DNA of 64,000 nucleotides from an uncultured Planctomycetaceae bacterium (GCA_963833985.1 CAWIAD010000001.1:2464001-2528000); one strand, 5' to 3'; shown: positions 29,076 through 40,962, counted from the first letter of the stretch. A program made the numbers and translations. Notes: generated by a model not told the origin, from the sequence alone.

Positions 29076-29479
29076 CCGACAAGCCACCCCGAGTCGATTG
29101 GCGCGGTGCTGATCTTCGAGGCGTCAACATGGCGGGCATGAATCTGGAGGGTGTTGACCTGCGAGCCGCAGATATGAGCGGGGCGAATTTCACCGGCAGC
29201 AATCTTCGGTATGCCGACTTTCGCGGTGCGGTGATTCACGGCACGAACTTTCAGAACGCCTCGCTCTATGGAGCGAAGATGCAGGGCGTGGAGGCGAAGC
29301 ACGCAGATTTCAGGGGAGCCGATTTGCGGCAAGTGAATTTCGGCGGCGCGTATCTTGAGGGGGCTGTCATGCCTGCGATAGACGCCCAGAGGGTGGCTTT
29401 CCAACAGCTGCTCGCTCAGGAACGGAAAGAAGCTAAGGCAATGCAGCCAGCAAAAGAAAATGAAGGGCGTGAGATATGA
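29072..29479 (+). CDS. Pentapeptide-repeat protein
   Basis: Repeats ADLRG/VNMAG/VDLRA/ANFTG/ADFRG/ADLRQ. Confidence 0.9.
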   Translation: MTDKPPRVDWRGADLRGVNMAGMNLEGVDLRAADMSGANFTGSNLRYADFRGAVIHGTNFQNASLYGAKMQGVEAKHADFRGADLRQVNFGGAYLEGAVMPAIDAQRVAFQQLLAQERKEAKAMQPAKENEGREI

Positions 29480-29542
29480 CCATCGAAGAGGCGGAAAGAC
29501 AGGACCGGAGATAAAGGCGGCCCTGAAAGGTGGGGTAGGACA

Positions 29543-29833
29543 ATGACGCTTGAGGAGCGGCTTGAACATATCGAGGCCATGCTGGCGCAACTGGTCGAGC
29601 GGCAGGCGGTCAAGGATTTTTACACACCGGAGGAGTTCGCCCGTCTGGTCGGGCGGGAAGCCTTCACCTGCCGCGAGTATTGCCGCCTAGGTCGCATCCG
29701 GGCGCTGAAGAAAGCAAGCGGACGCGGCAAATATGCGTCGTGGGTCATCCCGCACGATGAATTGCTCAGGTTTCAGCGTGAGGGGCTCTTGCCGGACCGG
29801 CGTCGTCAGCCAAACACTGCCAGCACTGCCTGA
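29543..29833 (+). CDS. Excisionase-like HTH protein
   Basis: FYTPEEFARLVGR..FTCREYCRLGRI...WVIPHDEL; convergent with and overlapping the integrase. Confidence 0.75.
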   Translation: MTLEERLEHIEAMLAQLVERQAVKDFYTPEEFARLVGREAFTCREYCRLGRIRALKKASGRGKYASWVIPHDELLRFQREGLLPDRRRQPNTASTA

Positions 29834-31143
29834 CTCTTTACCTGCGGGGTAAGGTGCCGGTAGCGACGCTGCATTTCGAGTGATTGATGGCCCAGGATGT
29901 CGTCGATGATCCGCTGATCGACCCCTGCCGCCGCGAGGCACGACGCAACCGAGTGCCGCAGTACATGCAAGCCCCGGACCACCTCCCACTTTGAACCGGC
30001 CAGAGTTCGTTTGAAATGGTCGTGGCATTCGCTGGGTGTGAGCGGACCTATTTCCGGCCGGTCCTGCCGCTCATGCACCGTCGCGAGACGCTCAGCCAGG
30101 GTCTTTGCCCTGGCTGTCCCGCTTTGGTGACCGGTGGTGCGGCTGCGTTTGCGGCTTCTCTCAACTGGCCCGGCGTGGCAAAAGAGCGTGTTGCCGCCGG
30201 GATGGACGGATAGCCATGCCTGGAGAGCTTCCTTCAGCACTGTCGTCAGTGGTGCCCTGCGGGTCGAATCCTTGCCTCTGACACGTTTTTTCTCGCGGAT
30301 GGTGACGCTGCCGCCGTCGAAATCCACATCGGTTACCAGCATCCGCGTCAATTCGCTCCGCCTTGCCCCGGTGTGAGCGGCCATGCAGATCATCGGGAAA
30401 ATCCACGGATGGGCGGCGTGCTCTTTGGCATAGGCCAGCAATTCTGCGATTTCCGGTGTCCGTAGATAGAGGCTCTCCCACAGCTCCTTACGCTGGGCGG
30501 TCGTGATTCCGCCCGCCTTGAGCCGACGCTCGATCTCGTCGATGGTCTGAAACGGCGGCTTTTCGCTGGACTTCGGGTAACGCAACCCGTGATAGGGAAA
30601 GCGGCCGGTGACCATCCCCATTTTCTCAGCCCAGTTCCACGCCGTCCGTAGAGTGATGATTTCTTTCCTGATGGTGGCCGGACTGAGCCGCCTGCCCCCC
30701 ATGCCCTTGGCTTTGGCACGCCGGTCCACATAGCCTTGCAGGTCGGCAAGCTTCAGTTCACGGATGGGGAACCGCTCGCCGAGGGCGGCGGTCAGGTGCT
30801 TGAAGTGCAGCCCGATCCCTTCGATTGTTCGGGCTTCGAGAGAATCCCGATGCGTCGCCAGGTAGCGGTCGCGGAAACCGGTGAGCGTGAGTTCCCGCGA
30901 TTCGGCGGATACTTCCTGCACGTCGGCCGGTGGCTTGCCGTCGAACTGGACGAACTCGACGATATCAACGTCGGGCGGCAATTCGATCAGCCGTTGCTTA
31001 AGTCGCATCAACAGGTAATCAACCTGTGCTGCTTTGTTCGCGGCTTCCTCAGCCGACACCTTGCCGAGTGCGAGCTTTTCTTGTTTGCCGTGCCAACGGA
31101 AATGGATGCGGTATCGCCCGCTTCGCTCTTCGATTGCAGCCAT
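29806..31143 (-). CDS. Tyrosine integrase of the island
   Basis: HTGARRSE, HVLRHS, ILGHQS...RRYRH; starts 90 bp downstream of the tRNA 3' end. Confidence 0.92.
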   Translation of the reverse strand: MAAIEERSGRYRIHFRWHGKQEKLALGKVSAEEAANKAAQVDYLLMRLKQRLIELPPDVDIVEFVQFDGKPPADVQEVSAESRELTLTGFRDRYLATHRDSLEARTIEGIGLHFKHLTAALGERFPIRELKLADLQGYVDRRAKAKGMGGRRLSPATIRKEIITLRTAWNWAEKMGMVTGRFPYHGLRYPKSSEKPPFQTIDEIERRLKAGGITTAQRKELWESLYLRTPEIAELLAYAKEHAAHPWIFPMICMAAHTGARRSELTRMLVTDVDFDGGSVTIREKKRVRGKDSTRRAPLTTVLKEALQAWLSVHPGGNTLFCHAGPVERSRKRSRTTGHQSGTARAKTLAERLATVHERQDRPEIGPLTPSECHDHFKRTLAGSKWEVVRGLHVLRHSVASCLAAAGVDQRIIDDILGHQSLEMQRRYRHLTPQVKSQAVLAVFG

Positions 31144-31233
31144 CGTTGCGGCTCCAATATCACCGCAACGCTGTTCCCAATTTGTTCCCACTGAGGGCAA
31201 ACCGACACGTTGCGATTTGCCGTAAGTATATAG

Positions 31234-31316
31234 TACCGAAGGTGGGACTTGAACCCACACGGGTGTTACCCCACCGGATTTTGAGTCCGGCGCGTCTGCC
31301 ATTCCGCCACTTCGGC
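31234..31316 (-). tRNA. tRNA-Leu (CAA)
   Basis: GCCGAAGTGGCGGAATGGCAGACGCG-CCGGA CTCAAAA TCCGG-long variable arm-GGTTCAAGTCC...TTCGGTA; CCA not encoded. Confidence 0.97.
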
Positions 31317-31398
31317 ATGCATCAGTATCAAGCATGTTCCGAAGCCTGGCGGCTGTCAACCCCCGTATCACCGGGACGGCTGGGACCTGCGTGGGCGC

Positions 31399-31740
31399 TC
31401 AGCGACGCAACAGAAGCATGGCCAGCACCATGATCACCGAGGCCGCGGGGACGACGATCTTGGGGTCCCAGGGCATGGAACGGAAGAACGGAGTGACCTC
31501 TCCCCAGAAGCAATCGGTCAGCTCGTGCATCTCGTCCTGGACGCCGTCGAGAACAGGCGTTCTGACATCGGCCGCAACGCCGAGGACCTCCTTCCACATG
31601 CCGACGCAGAGACACGTCCCCTCCAGCACCAGGGGACCAAGACCAACCACCAGAATGAGCGCCATGATCGCGAGCGGCCACCTCGATCGGCGATGCTCGA
31701 CGTCCATCTCACTTCCAAGCTGGCCGGCGAGCTTGCGCAT
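31399..31740 (-). CDS. Small membrane protein
   Basis: Two hydrophobic helices; follows tadC. Confidence 0.55.
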   Translation of the reverse strand: MRKLAGQLGSEMDVEHRRSRWPLAIMALILVVGLGPLVLEGTCLCVGMWKEVLGVAADVRTPVLDGVQDEMHELTDCFWGEVTPFFRSMPWDPKIVVPAASVIMVLAMLLLRR

Positions 31741-31758
31741 CGCCCGTTCCTTTCTCGG

Positions 31759-32709
31759 CTACTTCGCCATGATCGTGTTCGCGATCTGGATGCCGGCAGG
31801 ACCTACCAGGACCACGAAAACACCAGGGAAGATGAAGAGGATCAGCGGGATCATGATCTTCACGGCCGTCTTCGCCGCCCGCTCCTCGGCGTACTGCCGC
31901 CGGCGCAGTCGCATGGCATCGGACTGGACACGCAAGGCCGAGCCGATGCTCGAGCCGAACTTTTCCGCCTGGATGATCACCGCGGCCAGCGACCGCATGT
32001 CGTCCACGCCGGTGCGCAGGCCCAGGTCGCGGAGCACATCCTTGCGCGGACGGCCCATCTGAAGCTGAAAGTTCGAGATGGCGAACTCTTCACAGAGTAC
32101 CGCGCAGGAGGTTGCCAGTTCCGTCGTCACCCGGCGCATCGCGGCGTCGAGCCCGAGCCCGGCCTCGACGCAGACGACCATCAGGTCCAGCGCGTCGGGC
32201 AGGCCCAGAAAGATGGCCTCGGCCCGCTTCTTCTTGCGGCTGTCCACCACCATGCCCGGCAGGTAGAAGCCAATGCCCCCGCAGACGGCCGTGATCGTCA
32301 GTGCATTGCGGGTGATGCCCATCTTCAGAGCCACCAACGGAAACGCGATAAACAGGCCCAGGAGCATGAGTATGAGCTTGATGCCGAAGAGGATGGCCAC
32401 CGCGTTCTCATTGCGAAAGCCCGCATTGAGCAGCTTGAGCCGGACCTTGCCCAGCTCCTCCTCGTCAGACGGGCGGAGCGACTGGCCCAGCTTGTTCGCC
32501 GCCCTGGTGACCTGTGCCTGGAACTTCTCCTGCCGCCCTGTCAGACGGGTCTCGGCCTCCTTGCGGTCGAGCGTCGGGTTCATGATCCGGCGCAGCCGAT
32601 CCTCGGCGCCGGTCTTGCGGTCGTTCATCGCCGAGAGAATGGCCCAGACGGCCATCGTGATCGACAGGAACACCAGGAACGGCAGCAGTGTTTCAAGAGA
32701 TACCGGCAC
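31759..32709 (-). CDS. tadC: Tad pilus inner-membrane platform protein TadC
   Basis: LPDALDLMVVCVEAGLGLD, AEERAAKTAVKIMIPL. Confidence 0.9.
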   Translation of the reverse strand: MPVSLETLLPFLVFLSITMAVWAILSAMNDRKTGAEDRLRRIMNPTLDRKEAETRLTGRQEKFQAQVTRAANKLGQSLRPSDEEELGKVRLKLLNAGFRNENAVAILFGIKLILMLLGLFIAFPLVALKMGITRNALTITAVCGGIGFYLPGMVVDSRKKKRAEAIFLGLPDALDLMVVCVEAGLGLDAAMRRVTTELATSCAVLCEEFAISNFQLQMGRPRKDVLRDLGLRTGVDDMRSLAAVIIQAEKFGSSIGSALRVQSDAMRLRRRQYAEERAAKTAVKIMIPLILFIFPGVFVVLVGPAGIQIANTIMAK

Positions 32710-32715
32710 GGGTCA

Positions 32716-33690
32716 TCACACCTTGATCGCCACGATCTTGTTGATCATCCACGCGCCCAGAAGCTGCAAGACCCCGGTGATCACCAGCATCTTGGTGCCG
32801 ACCGACGTCGTGAACAGTGGACTGATGTAGGGGTAGTTGGAAAACGACAGAAACGCAAGCAGCCCCGGCGGCAGGGCGAGCAAGACGATACCCGAAAGCC
32901 GGCCCTCGGCCGTGAGCGCCTTGACGTGGCCCATCAGCTCGTAGCGCTGGCGGATCAGCCGGCCGATCTTGTCGAGCACCTCGGCCAGGTCGCCGCCGGT
33001 GGCCCGCTGGATGATGATGGCGATCACGAAGAAGCGTACGTCCATCACTGGAATACGGTCGGCCATGTTGCGCAGCGAGAACTCGATGGGGATGCCCAGG
33101 TTCTGCTCTTCGAAAACGCGGTTGAACTCATCGGCGATCGGTCCGCGCATCTCCTCGGCCACGAGGTGGAACCCCGAGGCCAGGCCGTGCCCGGCGCGGA
33201 GGGCCCGGCCGATCAGTTCCACCGCCTCTGGCATGGCATCGACGAACTTCTTGATGCGTGCCTGCTTCCGCCTGAGCAGCCAGAAGAACGGCATTGACGC
33301 CAGGAAGCCGGCGCCCAGGGGAATCGCGTAGAAGGGCAGCCGGAACACCACCGCGACCACGATCCCAGTCACCGCCAGCCCGATCACCATCGCCATGAAC
33401 GAGTTGAACGTCAGGTTCACATCGGCCTGCTCGTACAGCAGGTTGAGGTTCTCCGGATTGGGAATCAGCCTGGCCCAGAGCGATTCGCCGGTCAGCTTGA
33501 TGGCCGACGGCCGGAGCAGGATGCCCTTGGCAAGTTGCTCTTTACTGCGCTTGCCGCCGGAGCCGGTGAGCCCTTCCAACCTTTGCTCGGCAAGCTTGCC
33601 GAAGGAGCCGGACATGACAAGCCCGATGGCGCCCACCACCGTGATCACGCCGACCCCGACCACCATCGACATCAGCATCGCTTCATCCAT
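32716..33690 (-). CDS. tadB: Tad pilus inner-membrane platform protein TadB
   Basis: ALRAGH, QRATGGDLAEVL, ALTAEGRLS. Confidence 0.9.
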   Translation of the reverse strand: MDEAMLMSMVVGVGVITVVGAIGLVMSGSFGKLAEQRLEGLTGSGGKRSKEQLAKGILLRPSAIKLTGESLWARLIPNPENLNLLYEQADVNLTFNSFMAMVIGLAVTGIVVAVVFRLPFYAIPLGAGFLASMPFFWLLRRKQARIKKFVDAMPEAVELIGRALRAGHGLASGFHLVAEEMRGPIADEFNRVFEEQNLGIPIEFSLRNMADRIPVMDVRFFVIAIIIQRATGGDLAEVLDKIGRLIRQRYELMGHVKALTAEGRLSGIVLLALPPGLLAFLSFSNYPYISPLFTTSVGTKMLVITGVLQLLGAWMINKIVAIKV

Positions 33691-33780
33691 AATGATCCTC
33701 GCTCCGGGAGATTGGCGCGGGTCGGGCGGGAACGTGGTGCCGGGTACGTTTTCCTGAAATCAACAATCTTTCACTGGGTT

Positions 33781-35245
<1,465 letters not shown>

Positions 35246-35276
35246 CGCAGATGGCTCCTGAAACTTTCAGTCTGTC

Positions 35277-36461
35277 CTAAAAGAAGGCGGCGAAGAGCCC
35301 CTTCCTGGGCTTGGCTTCGTCGTTCGACAAGGCCGGGCTGAGCGCGCGGGCGATCTCGAGGATGGACTGGTGCGCCCGGCTCCCCGATGCAACGTCGCTG
35401 ATCGGCACGCCCCGGATTCGCGCGGTCTGGAACGGCTTGACCGCAACGGGGATTTGCCACGAGATCGGCATCTTGAGCGTTTCCTCGGCCTTCTTCAGGC
35501 TGATCTCCGTCTCGGCCGAGCCGGCCCGATTGACGACCAGTTTCACTCGCTCCACCATGCCGTCGAACTGCTTGAACAGGTTCAGCAGCCGGGACGTGTT
35601 GCGCAGGCAGGTGAGGTCAAGCACCACGACCATGAGGATCACGTCGGCCATCTCGAAGGCCACGAAATCCGAGGACTGGAGCCCCTTGCTGGTATCGATG
35701 ATCAGGCAAGGGAATGCCGCCTTGAGCAGCCCCAGCAGGCGCTTGAGCGTCTCGGGGTCCACCTTCGCGGCGTCCTCAAGGGCCACGGGGTGGGGCAGCA
35801 CGTACAGACCCGAGGAATGCTGGGTCATCGACCGCTTGAGCAGGGTCAGGTCGAGCCGGTCGAAGCTCTGGACCACGTTGATCAGCGTGTTATCGGGAAT
35901 GATGTCCAGGCAGGCATCCACCGAGCCGAACATGAGGTCGAAGTCAAGGAGGATGGTCTCGAACTGGTGGCTGCCGGCCAGGCTGGTGGCCAGGTTGACC
36001 GCCAGCGACGTGCAGCCGACTCCCCCCGCGGCCCCGGTGATCGTGACGATCTGCGGCCCCTTGACCGAGGACGAGACCGAATCGCCCCGGTCGCGAAAGA
36101 GCCGGGTGAAGATCTCGAGCAGCTCGCTGGCTTCCGTGGGCAGCGTCAGGAATTCGCGGGCGCCGGCACGGATGGACTTGAGGATCAGCGTGCTGTCGCA
36201 ACTGGCGCTGGCTGGCAGCACCAGGGCTCCGGGCAGGGACTGCACCATGCTGGAGATCGCATCGATGGCCAGGGCCGGATCCGAGTCGAGGGCGACGAGG
36301 CAGAGGTCCGGGGAGAGCTCGACCATGCGGCTGGCGGCGACCTTGTAGCTGGACAGCACCTCGGCGATCCACACCGAGCTCATGGAGCTCAGGAGTCGCT
36401 GTAGCTCTTGCCGCGACTCCTCGTTGGGATCGACCAGAACGACTCGAATCACATCCTTCAT
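35277..36461 (-). CDS. cpaE: CpaE/TadZ receiver-domain MinD-like protein
   Basis: Atypical receiver domain plus GAAGGVGCTS. Confidence 0.85.
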   Translation of the reverse strand: MKDVIRVVLVDPNEESRQELQRLLSSMSSVWIAEVLSSYKVAASRMVELSPDLCLVALDSDPALAIDAISSMVQSLPGALVLPASASCDSTLILKSIRAGAREFLTLPTEASELLEIFTRLFRDRGDSVSSSVKGPQIVTITGAAGGVGCTSLAVNLATSLAGSHQFETILLDFDLMFGSVDACLDIIPDNTLINVVQSFDRLDLTLLKRSMTQHSSGLYVLPHPVALEDAAKVDPETLKRLLGLLKAAFPCLIIDTSKGLQSSDFVAFEMADVILMVVVLDLTCLRNTSRLLNLFKQFDGMVERVKLVVNRAGSAETEISLKKAEETLKMPISWQIPVAVKPFQTARIRGVPISDVASGSRAHQSILEIARALSPALSNDEAKPRKGLFAAFF

Positions 36462-36585
36462 GTCTGTCTACCCGTGCGCTAGGGATCTCGCCGTTCCGAC
36501 ATCCTCGACGGATAGCGGTTCAAACTCGGTGCGGCGTGTCTTGCTCCGATGGCGGAGCTGGGCGAGGATCTCGAGCGATGGCGTA

Positions 36586-37611
36586 TCACGGAAACCTGTC
36601 CAGGGCGCTCTTACCGTCACCATCCATCCCTGCGGTGGCCGTTGTGCCGAACCCCACGGTCGCCGGCTCGTCGTCATCGAGCTCCGGCTTTCGCCGCAGG
36701 CTCTTGCGAGCCGCCTCGTTGACCGCGACGCGTTCGGGATATTCGCCGCCTCTCTTGTCTTGAAGCGGCCTGTAGATGTAGACAAACCGCATCTCTGGCG
36801 GCCGGGCCTCAGGCGGGCGGGCCGCAGGCGGAGGGGGCGGAGGGGGCTCGGCCATTTTCTTGGCCAGGGCCGCCTTGAGCTCATCCAGTTCTTTCTCGAG
36901 TTTGGCCCGATAGGCCTTCTCCTCCTCGTTCTCCTGGGGCTTGGGCTTGGGGCGTTCAATCAGGTCGTGGTCGTTCACGCCCCGCAACGACAAACTCAGG
37001 GGCCCTTTCGCCCGGGCCGCAACGAGGATGTCCACCTGCTCGGGAAAGACGGCCACGGTCACGGTGCGGTTCTGAAGGGCCTTCTCTTCGGGACGGGTGA
37101 AGACCTGGCCGGCCGCCAGCACCTGGAGGTCCTGGAGGATGGTCTCGCCCCGCTGGAACTGGGACTTATCACTGGTCTCGTACCGCACCACGTCCACTCG
37201 ATGTCCGGGCAGAATGAAGCCGGAGACGCCGGATTGCTCGTTGACCTCGATGGCATAAGCACGCATACCCTTGGGGATGTTCGCCACCAGTCCCGGCGGC
37301 GTACCCTTGGCGCCGAGCTTCTTGTCCACGATCGGGTCGCCCTCGAGCATCGTCGTCCTGACCCAGCGCTCCTCGACGTCCTTGAATGACGAGAATGCCC
37401 CCACGGGAACCGCGGATCGGGACATCCGCACGGACTTGACCATGTCGGGCTTGAGTATCTCCTCTTCCTTGAAATCGCGCATGGCGACGAGGATTTCCTG
37501 GGTCTCCTCCTCGACGGCCGCCGGCTTGCTGAGAAGCCTGCGGGTGGCGAGCATGGCGCCCAGGCCGAGCACGACGGCGAGAACCAGCACCATGAGCGAT
37601 TTGCCGTTCAT
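36586..37611 (-). CDS. cpaB: Flp pilus assembly protein CpaB
   Basis: SAF domain, IPKGMRA, GVSGFILPGHRVDV, LSLSLR. Confidence 0.9.
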   Translation of the reverse strand: MNGKSLMVLVLAVVLGLGAMLATRRLLSKPAAVEEETQEILVAMRDFKEEEILKPDMVKSVRMSRSAVPVGAFSSFKDVEERWVRTTMLEGDPIVDKKLGAKGTPPGLVANIPKGMRAYAIEVNEQSGVSGFILPGHRVDVVRYETSDKSQFQRGETILQDLQVLAAGQVFTRPEEKALQNRTVTVAVFPEQVDILVAARAKGPLSLSLRGVNDHDLIERPKPKPQENEEEKAYRAKLEKELDELKAALAKKMAEPPPPPPPAARPPEARPPEMRFVYIYRPLQDKRGGEYPERVAVNEAARKSLRRKPELDDDEPATVGFGTTATAGMDGDGKSALDRFP

Positions 37612-37696
37612 CGGAACTCTTCACTTTCCGCCCTGTTGGGCTGTCGGAACACATGACCACGGCGGTGGCCGACCCGGCGCTCGCTCGCTCGCTCTC

Positions 37697-38251
37697 TCAA
37701 CCCGCCGCGTGGAAGAAGAGCCCCATCCAGGCGAAGCAGGAGATTGACCCGATGGCGATGGGGATGCCATACGGGAGCAGCGTCATCGTCGGCTTGCGCT
37801 GGCGGGCTCGCTCGGCGAGCAGTTCGGGATTCCGGATCGAGAGAATCTCGTGGCCGATCGTCTGGAACATCACCCAGTGGCGTATGAGGTTCCCGGAGGC
37901 CAGAATCATGGCGGCGCCGATCAGGCCGCCTACCAGGGCGGTGGAAACGAAGGCATAAAAGGTGAGCCAGGGTCCCAGCCAGGCGCCGACCCCGGCCATC
38001 AGCTTCACGTCTCCGGCGCCCATGCCGCCGATCGCGTACAGGGGCAGCAGCGTCATCAACCCCACGCCTGCACCCCCGAGCGACAGGAGGAGCGTTTCAC
38101 GACCTCCTGTCCAGCCCCAGAAGAGCAGCCCACCAAGAGCAAAATGGAATGTCAGCCAGTTCGGCACGCGCAATTGCCTGCCGTCGATCACCGCGGCCTC
38201 GACCAGGACCGCCGAGACGAGCCAGAACACCCACTGAGGAACCTGCATCAT
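37697..38251 (-). CDS. cpaA: Prepilin peptidase CpaA/TadV (A24)
   Basis: IDGRQLRVPNWL, GMGAGDVKL, LPYGIPI. Confidence 0.9.
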   Translation of the reverse strand: MMQVPQWVFWLVSAVLVEAAVIDGRQLRVPNWLTFHFALGGLLFWGWTGGRETLLLSLGGAGVGLMTLLPLYAIGGMGAGDVKLMAGVGAWLGPWLTFYAFVSTALVGGLIGAAMILASGNLIRHWVMFQTIGHEILSIRNPELLAERARQRKPTMTLLPYGIPIAIGSISCFAWMGLFFHAAG

Positions 38252-38555
38252 CACCAACTCCTTGAACCGGCTCGGCCGCTCGTGTTTCCGATTGCTCTGC
38301 GCCGACAGCCGGGACTCTCTACAACCCAGCCGCCCTTGAGTAACTTGGGTCGCGTAGTCCGCTCTGTCAAATCAGGCTGGTCGATCGTGGTGGGCACGCC
38401 CGCCCCGGCGGGAGCCGGCGTGAGTGAGCCTGGCGCTGAACGAAGAAAGGGTGAAGCGACGGGTTCGTCCCGCGGCTTCACCCGAGGCTTACCGAGACCA
38501 GACGACGGAGAGAACTGACGGGCCGGTACCTCCGGGACGCCGGCCCCCGGGATCT

Positions 38556-38735
38556 TCACGACGCGGTCAGCGAGGTATTCACGGTGGTGAAGGTACTGCT
38601 GATGCTCTTGCCGAGGGTGGTCACGATCGAGATGCACGCCACGAGGATCAGGGCCAGCATGACCGCATACTCGACGGCCGTCGGGCCATCCTCGCTGACC
38701 AGGAAACCGTGGACCTTGGAAATCAGGGTCTGCAT
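38556..38735 (-). CDS. flp: Flp/Fap pilin (59 aa; absent from the supplied ORF track)
   Basis: Translated by hand: MQTLISKVHGFLVSEDG/PTAVEYAVMLALILVACISIVTTLG...; AAGGAG RBS. Confidence 0.92.
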   Translation of the reverse strand: MQTLISKVHGFLVSEDGPTAVEYAVMLALILVACISIVTTLGKSISSTFTTVNTSLTAS

Positions 38736-39073
38736 GGAGATCTCCTTGAACAGGCTACCAAACCGAGAAAACGCATGTTGATGCTGCTTCGCCTGGACCG
38801 ATGCCGCGGAGCCGGTTCTCGAAGCGGTCTGCCGCGCCTCGTTCCACTGGCTGGAGAACGTTCGGTTCGACCCGTTGTCACCAGCATCAATCCAAACCTA
38901 GGTCACGACCGCAAGACCTGCAAAAAGCCTTGATGCCGGCTCGCCGCGACGTTGCCGGCAGGCGACATAAGCATAGGGCCCCGGTTCCTGCCGCCATGTT
39001 CTAAGCTTCTTCCGGGACGCCGGATCGCCCGCGCTGAACTGAACTGGCGGCAGTAGATGACGAAGCATTCTGG

Positions 39074-39985
39074 ATGATGACCGGCTGGACCGCGTGTGCC
39101 GTTGATGAGCTGTTGCGTTCGCGGCATCGCTGTGGCGGCTGGGGCTACCGCAGCGACCTCGACCCGAGTGTCGAGGCCACGGCACTGGCCTGTCTGGGAA
39201 TCTGGAGCTGCCGGGCGCTCACGCAGCAGACCGCCGCACGCGAGGCCGTCGAGCGCGGGGCCAGGTGGCTGCGCAGCCTTCAAGCAGCGGACGGCTCGCT
39301 GGGAATCACCAGCAAACTGCCCAACCCTGGCTGGGCCACGCCGCACGCGGTCCTTATATGGAACGCGCTGGCGGCGTACGCGCCGGCACGTCAGCGCGCC
39401 ACAGCCTGGCTGCTCGAGCAGAAGGGGACCACGCTCACCCCCGAGACGGCTTACCTGGGCGCCGCGGCCGGTCATGACGCGACGCTGGTAGGGTGGCCCT
39501 GGGTTGCCGACACGCATTCCTGGATCGAGCCCACGGCCATGGCGATCCTGGCCCTTCAGAGCGAGCGGCTCGGCGATCATCCCCGGGTTGCCGAGGGCGT
39601 CCGTCTGATCCTCAACCGCGCGCTCCGCGAAGGCGGATGGAACTACGGCAACACCAGCGTGTTCGGCCGGCAGCTTCGCCCCCAGCCTGGCCCCACCGGC
39701 CTGGCGCTGCTCGCGCTGGCAAGCCAGGCGCGCCCGGCCCGGCCGAAAGCCGTGGACCCGGCCATCGCCTACCTGCTGCGAACGCTGCCGGCGGTGCGCG
39801 CTCCCCTGTCACTGGCCTGGGGCGTGCTCGGCCTCCGCGCCTGGAACGCTTGCCCGGTAGAGACTCCGGACTGGCTGGCCGACTCTTTCACGCGGCAAGC
39901 CGGCCGGCGCGACGCCATCACAGGACTGAGCCTGCTTCTCCTGGCCCAGGGGAACAATGTGTTGATCACAAGGAAACCGGAATGA
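39074..39985 (+). CDS. Prenyltransferase/squalene-cyclase-repeat protein
   Basis: GGWGY, QAADGS, GWPW...WIEPTA, GGWNYGN repeats. Confidence 0.7.
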   Translation: MMTGWTACAVDELLRSRHRCGGWGYRSDLDPSVEATALACLGIWSCRALTQQTAAREAVERGARWLRSLQAADGSLGITSKLPNPGWATPHAVLIWNALAAYAPARQRATAWLLEQKGTTLTPETAYLGAAAGHDATLVGWPWVADTHSWIEPTAMAILALQSERLGDHPRVAEGVRLILNRALREGGWNYGNTSVFGRQLRPQPGPTGLALLALASQARPARPKAVDPAIAYLLRTLPAVRAPLSLAWGVLGLRAWNACPVETPDWLADSFTRQAGRRDAITGLSLLLLAQGNNVLITRKPE

Positions 39986-40962
39986 ACCGGCGGACCTTCC
40001 TCACAGCGGCCGGAACCATGGCAACCGCCGGACTGGCGCTCAAGCAGGCACGCGATCTCGACGAGGCGGGCCTGCGTGCCGATGTCTTCATCACCCGTGC
40101 GACGTCCTACACCGAGGACCTGGAGACATTGATCCGCCACGGGTTGCGGGAACTCGGGCTTGGCCCGGCCACCTTCAAAGGCAAGTCCGTCTTGCTCAAG
40201 CCCAATCTCGTTGAGCCCAGCCACGATGATCCCCAGATCAATACCCATCCCGCCGTCGTCCGGGCGGTGGCCGAGGTCGCCCGCCGCTGGCAAGCCAGCG
40301 AGGTGCTCGTGGCCGAGGGGCAGGGGCACATCCGCGACTCTCAGTACGTCCTGGAAGAGTCCGGCCTGGCGCCGGTTCTGACCGAGGCGCGGCTCGAGTT
40401 CATCGACCTCAATCACGACGACATTGCCGCCGTGCCGAACCGCCTGGGCTGCACCCATCTGCATGAGCTCATGCTTCCCCTCAGCCTGCGGCGGGCCGAC
40501 CTCATCATCTCGCTGCCCAAGATGAAGACCCACCACTGGGCCGGCGTGACGCTGTCGCTCAAGAATCTCTTCGGTGTCATGCCGGGCATCTGCTATGGCT
40601 GGCCCAAGAACGTGCTGCACCACGCCGGGATTCCCGGGTCGATCCTCGATATCGCGGCCACCGTTCAGCCCCATCTGGCCATCGTGGACGGTATCATTGG
40701 AATGGAAGGCGACGGCCCCATCATGGGCACGGCGAAAGCCTCCGGCGTGCTGGTCATGGGCACCAACCTCCCCGCTGTGGACGCGACCGCTACCCGGCTC
40801 ATGGGCATCAACCCCGCGCGGGTCTCGTACCTTGCGGGCGCGTCCGGACGGCTCGGACCCATCGCCGAAACGCATATCAACCAGCGCGGGGAGTCCATCG
40901 GGCCACTGGTGCAACCTTACATGCTGATGCGTTATCCAGCATTCGCGAACCTTCGAGACTGA
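39982..40962 (+). CDS. DUF362 protein with a Tat-like signal
   Basis: MNRRTFL, LLKPNL, THP, PKMKTH, LSLKNLFG, DGIIGMEGDGP. Confidence 0.85.
   Translation: MNRRTFLTAAGTMATAGLALKQARDLDEAGLRADVFITRATSYTEDLETLIRHGLRELGLGPATFKGKSVLLKPNLVEPSHDDPQINTHPAVVRAVAEVARRWQASEVLVAEGQGHIRDSQYVLEESGLAPVLTEARLEFIDLNHDDIAAVPNRLGCTHLHELMLPLSLRRADLIISLPKMKTHHWAGVTLSLKNLFGVMPGICYGWPKNVLHHAGIPGSILDIAATVQPHLAIVDGIIGMEGDGPIMGTAKASGVLVMGTNLPAVDATATRLMGINPARVSYLAGASGRLGPIAETHINQRGESIGPLVQPYMLMRYPAFANLRD

Larger units (their letters stand above)
1..31233. mobile_element. tRNA-Leu-integrated mobilizable element (left boundary outside window)
   Basis: Integrase, xis, relaxase, T4CP, replicon and cargo all abut the tRNA. 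No second copy of the tRNA 3' end was seen in the window. Confidence 0.8.

Noticed and set aside
31525..33297. 590-aa plus-strand ORF and similar long antisense ORFs
   Set aside because: Shadows of high-GC3 genes on the opposite strand (tadB/tadC etc.) with no recognisable motifs
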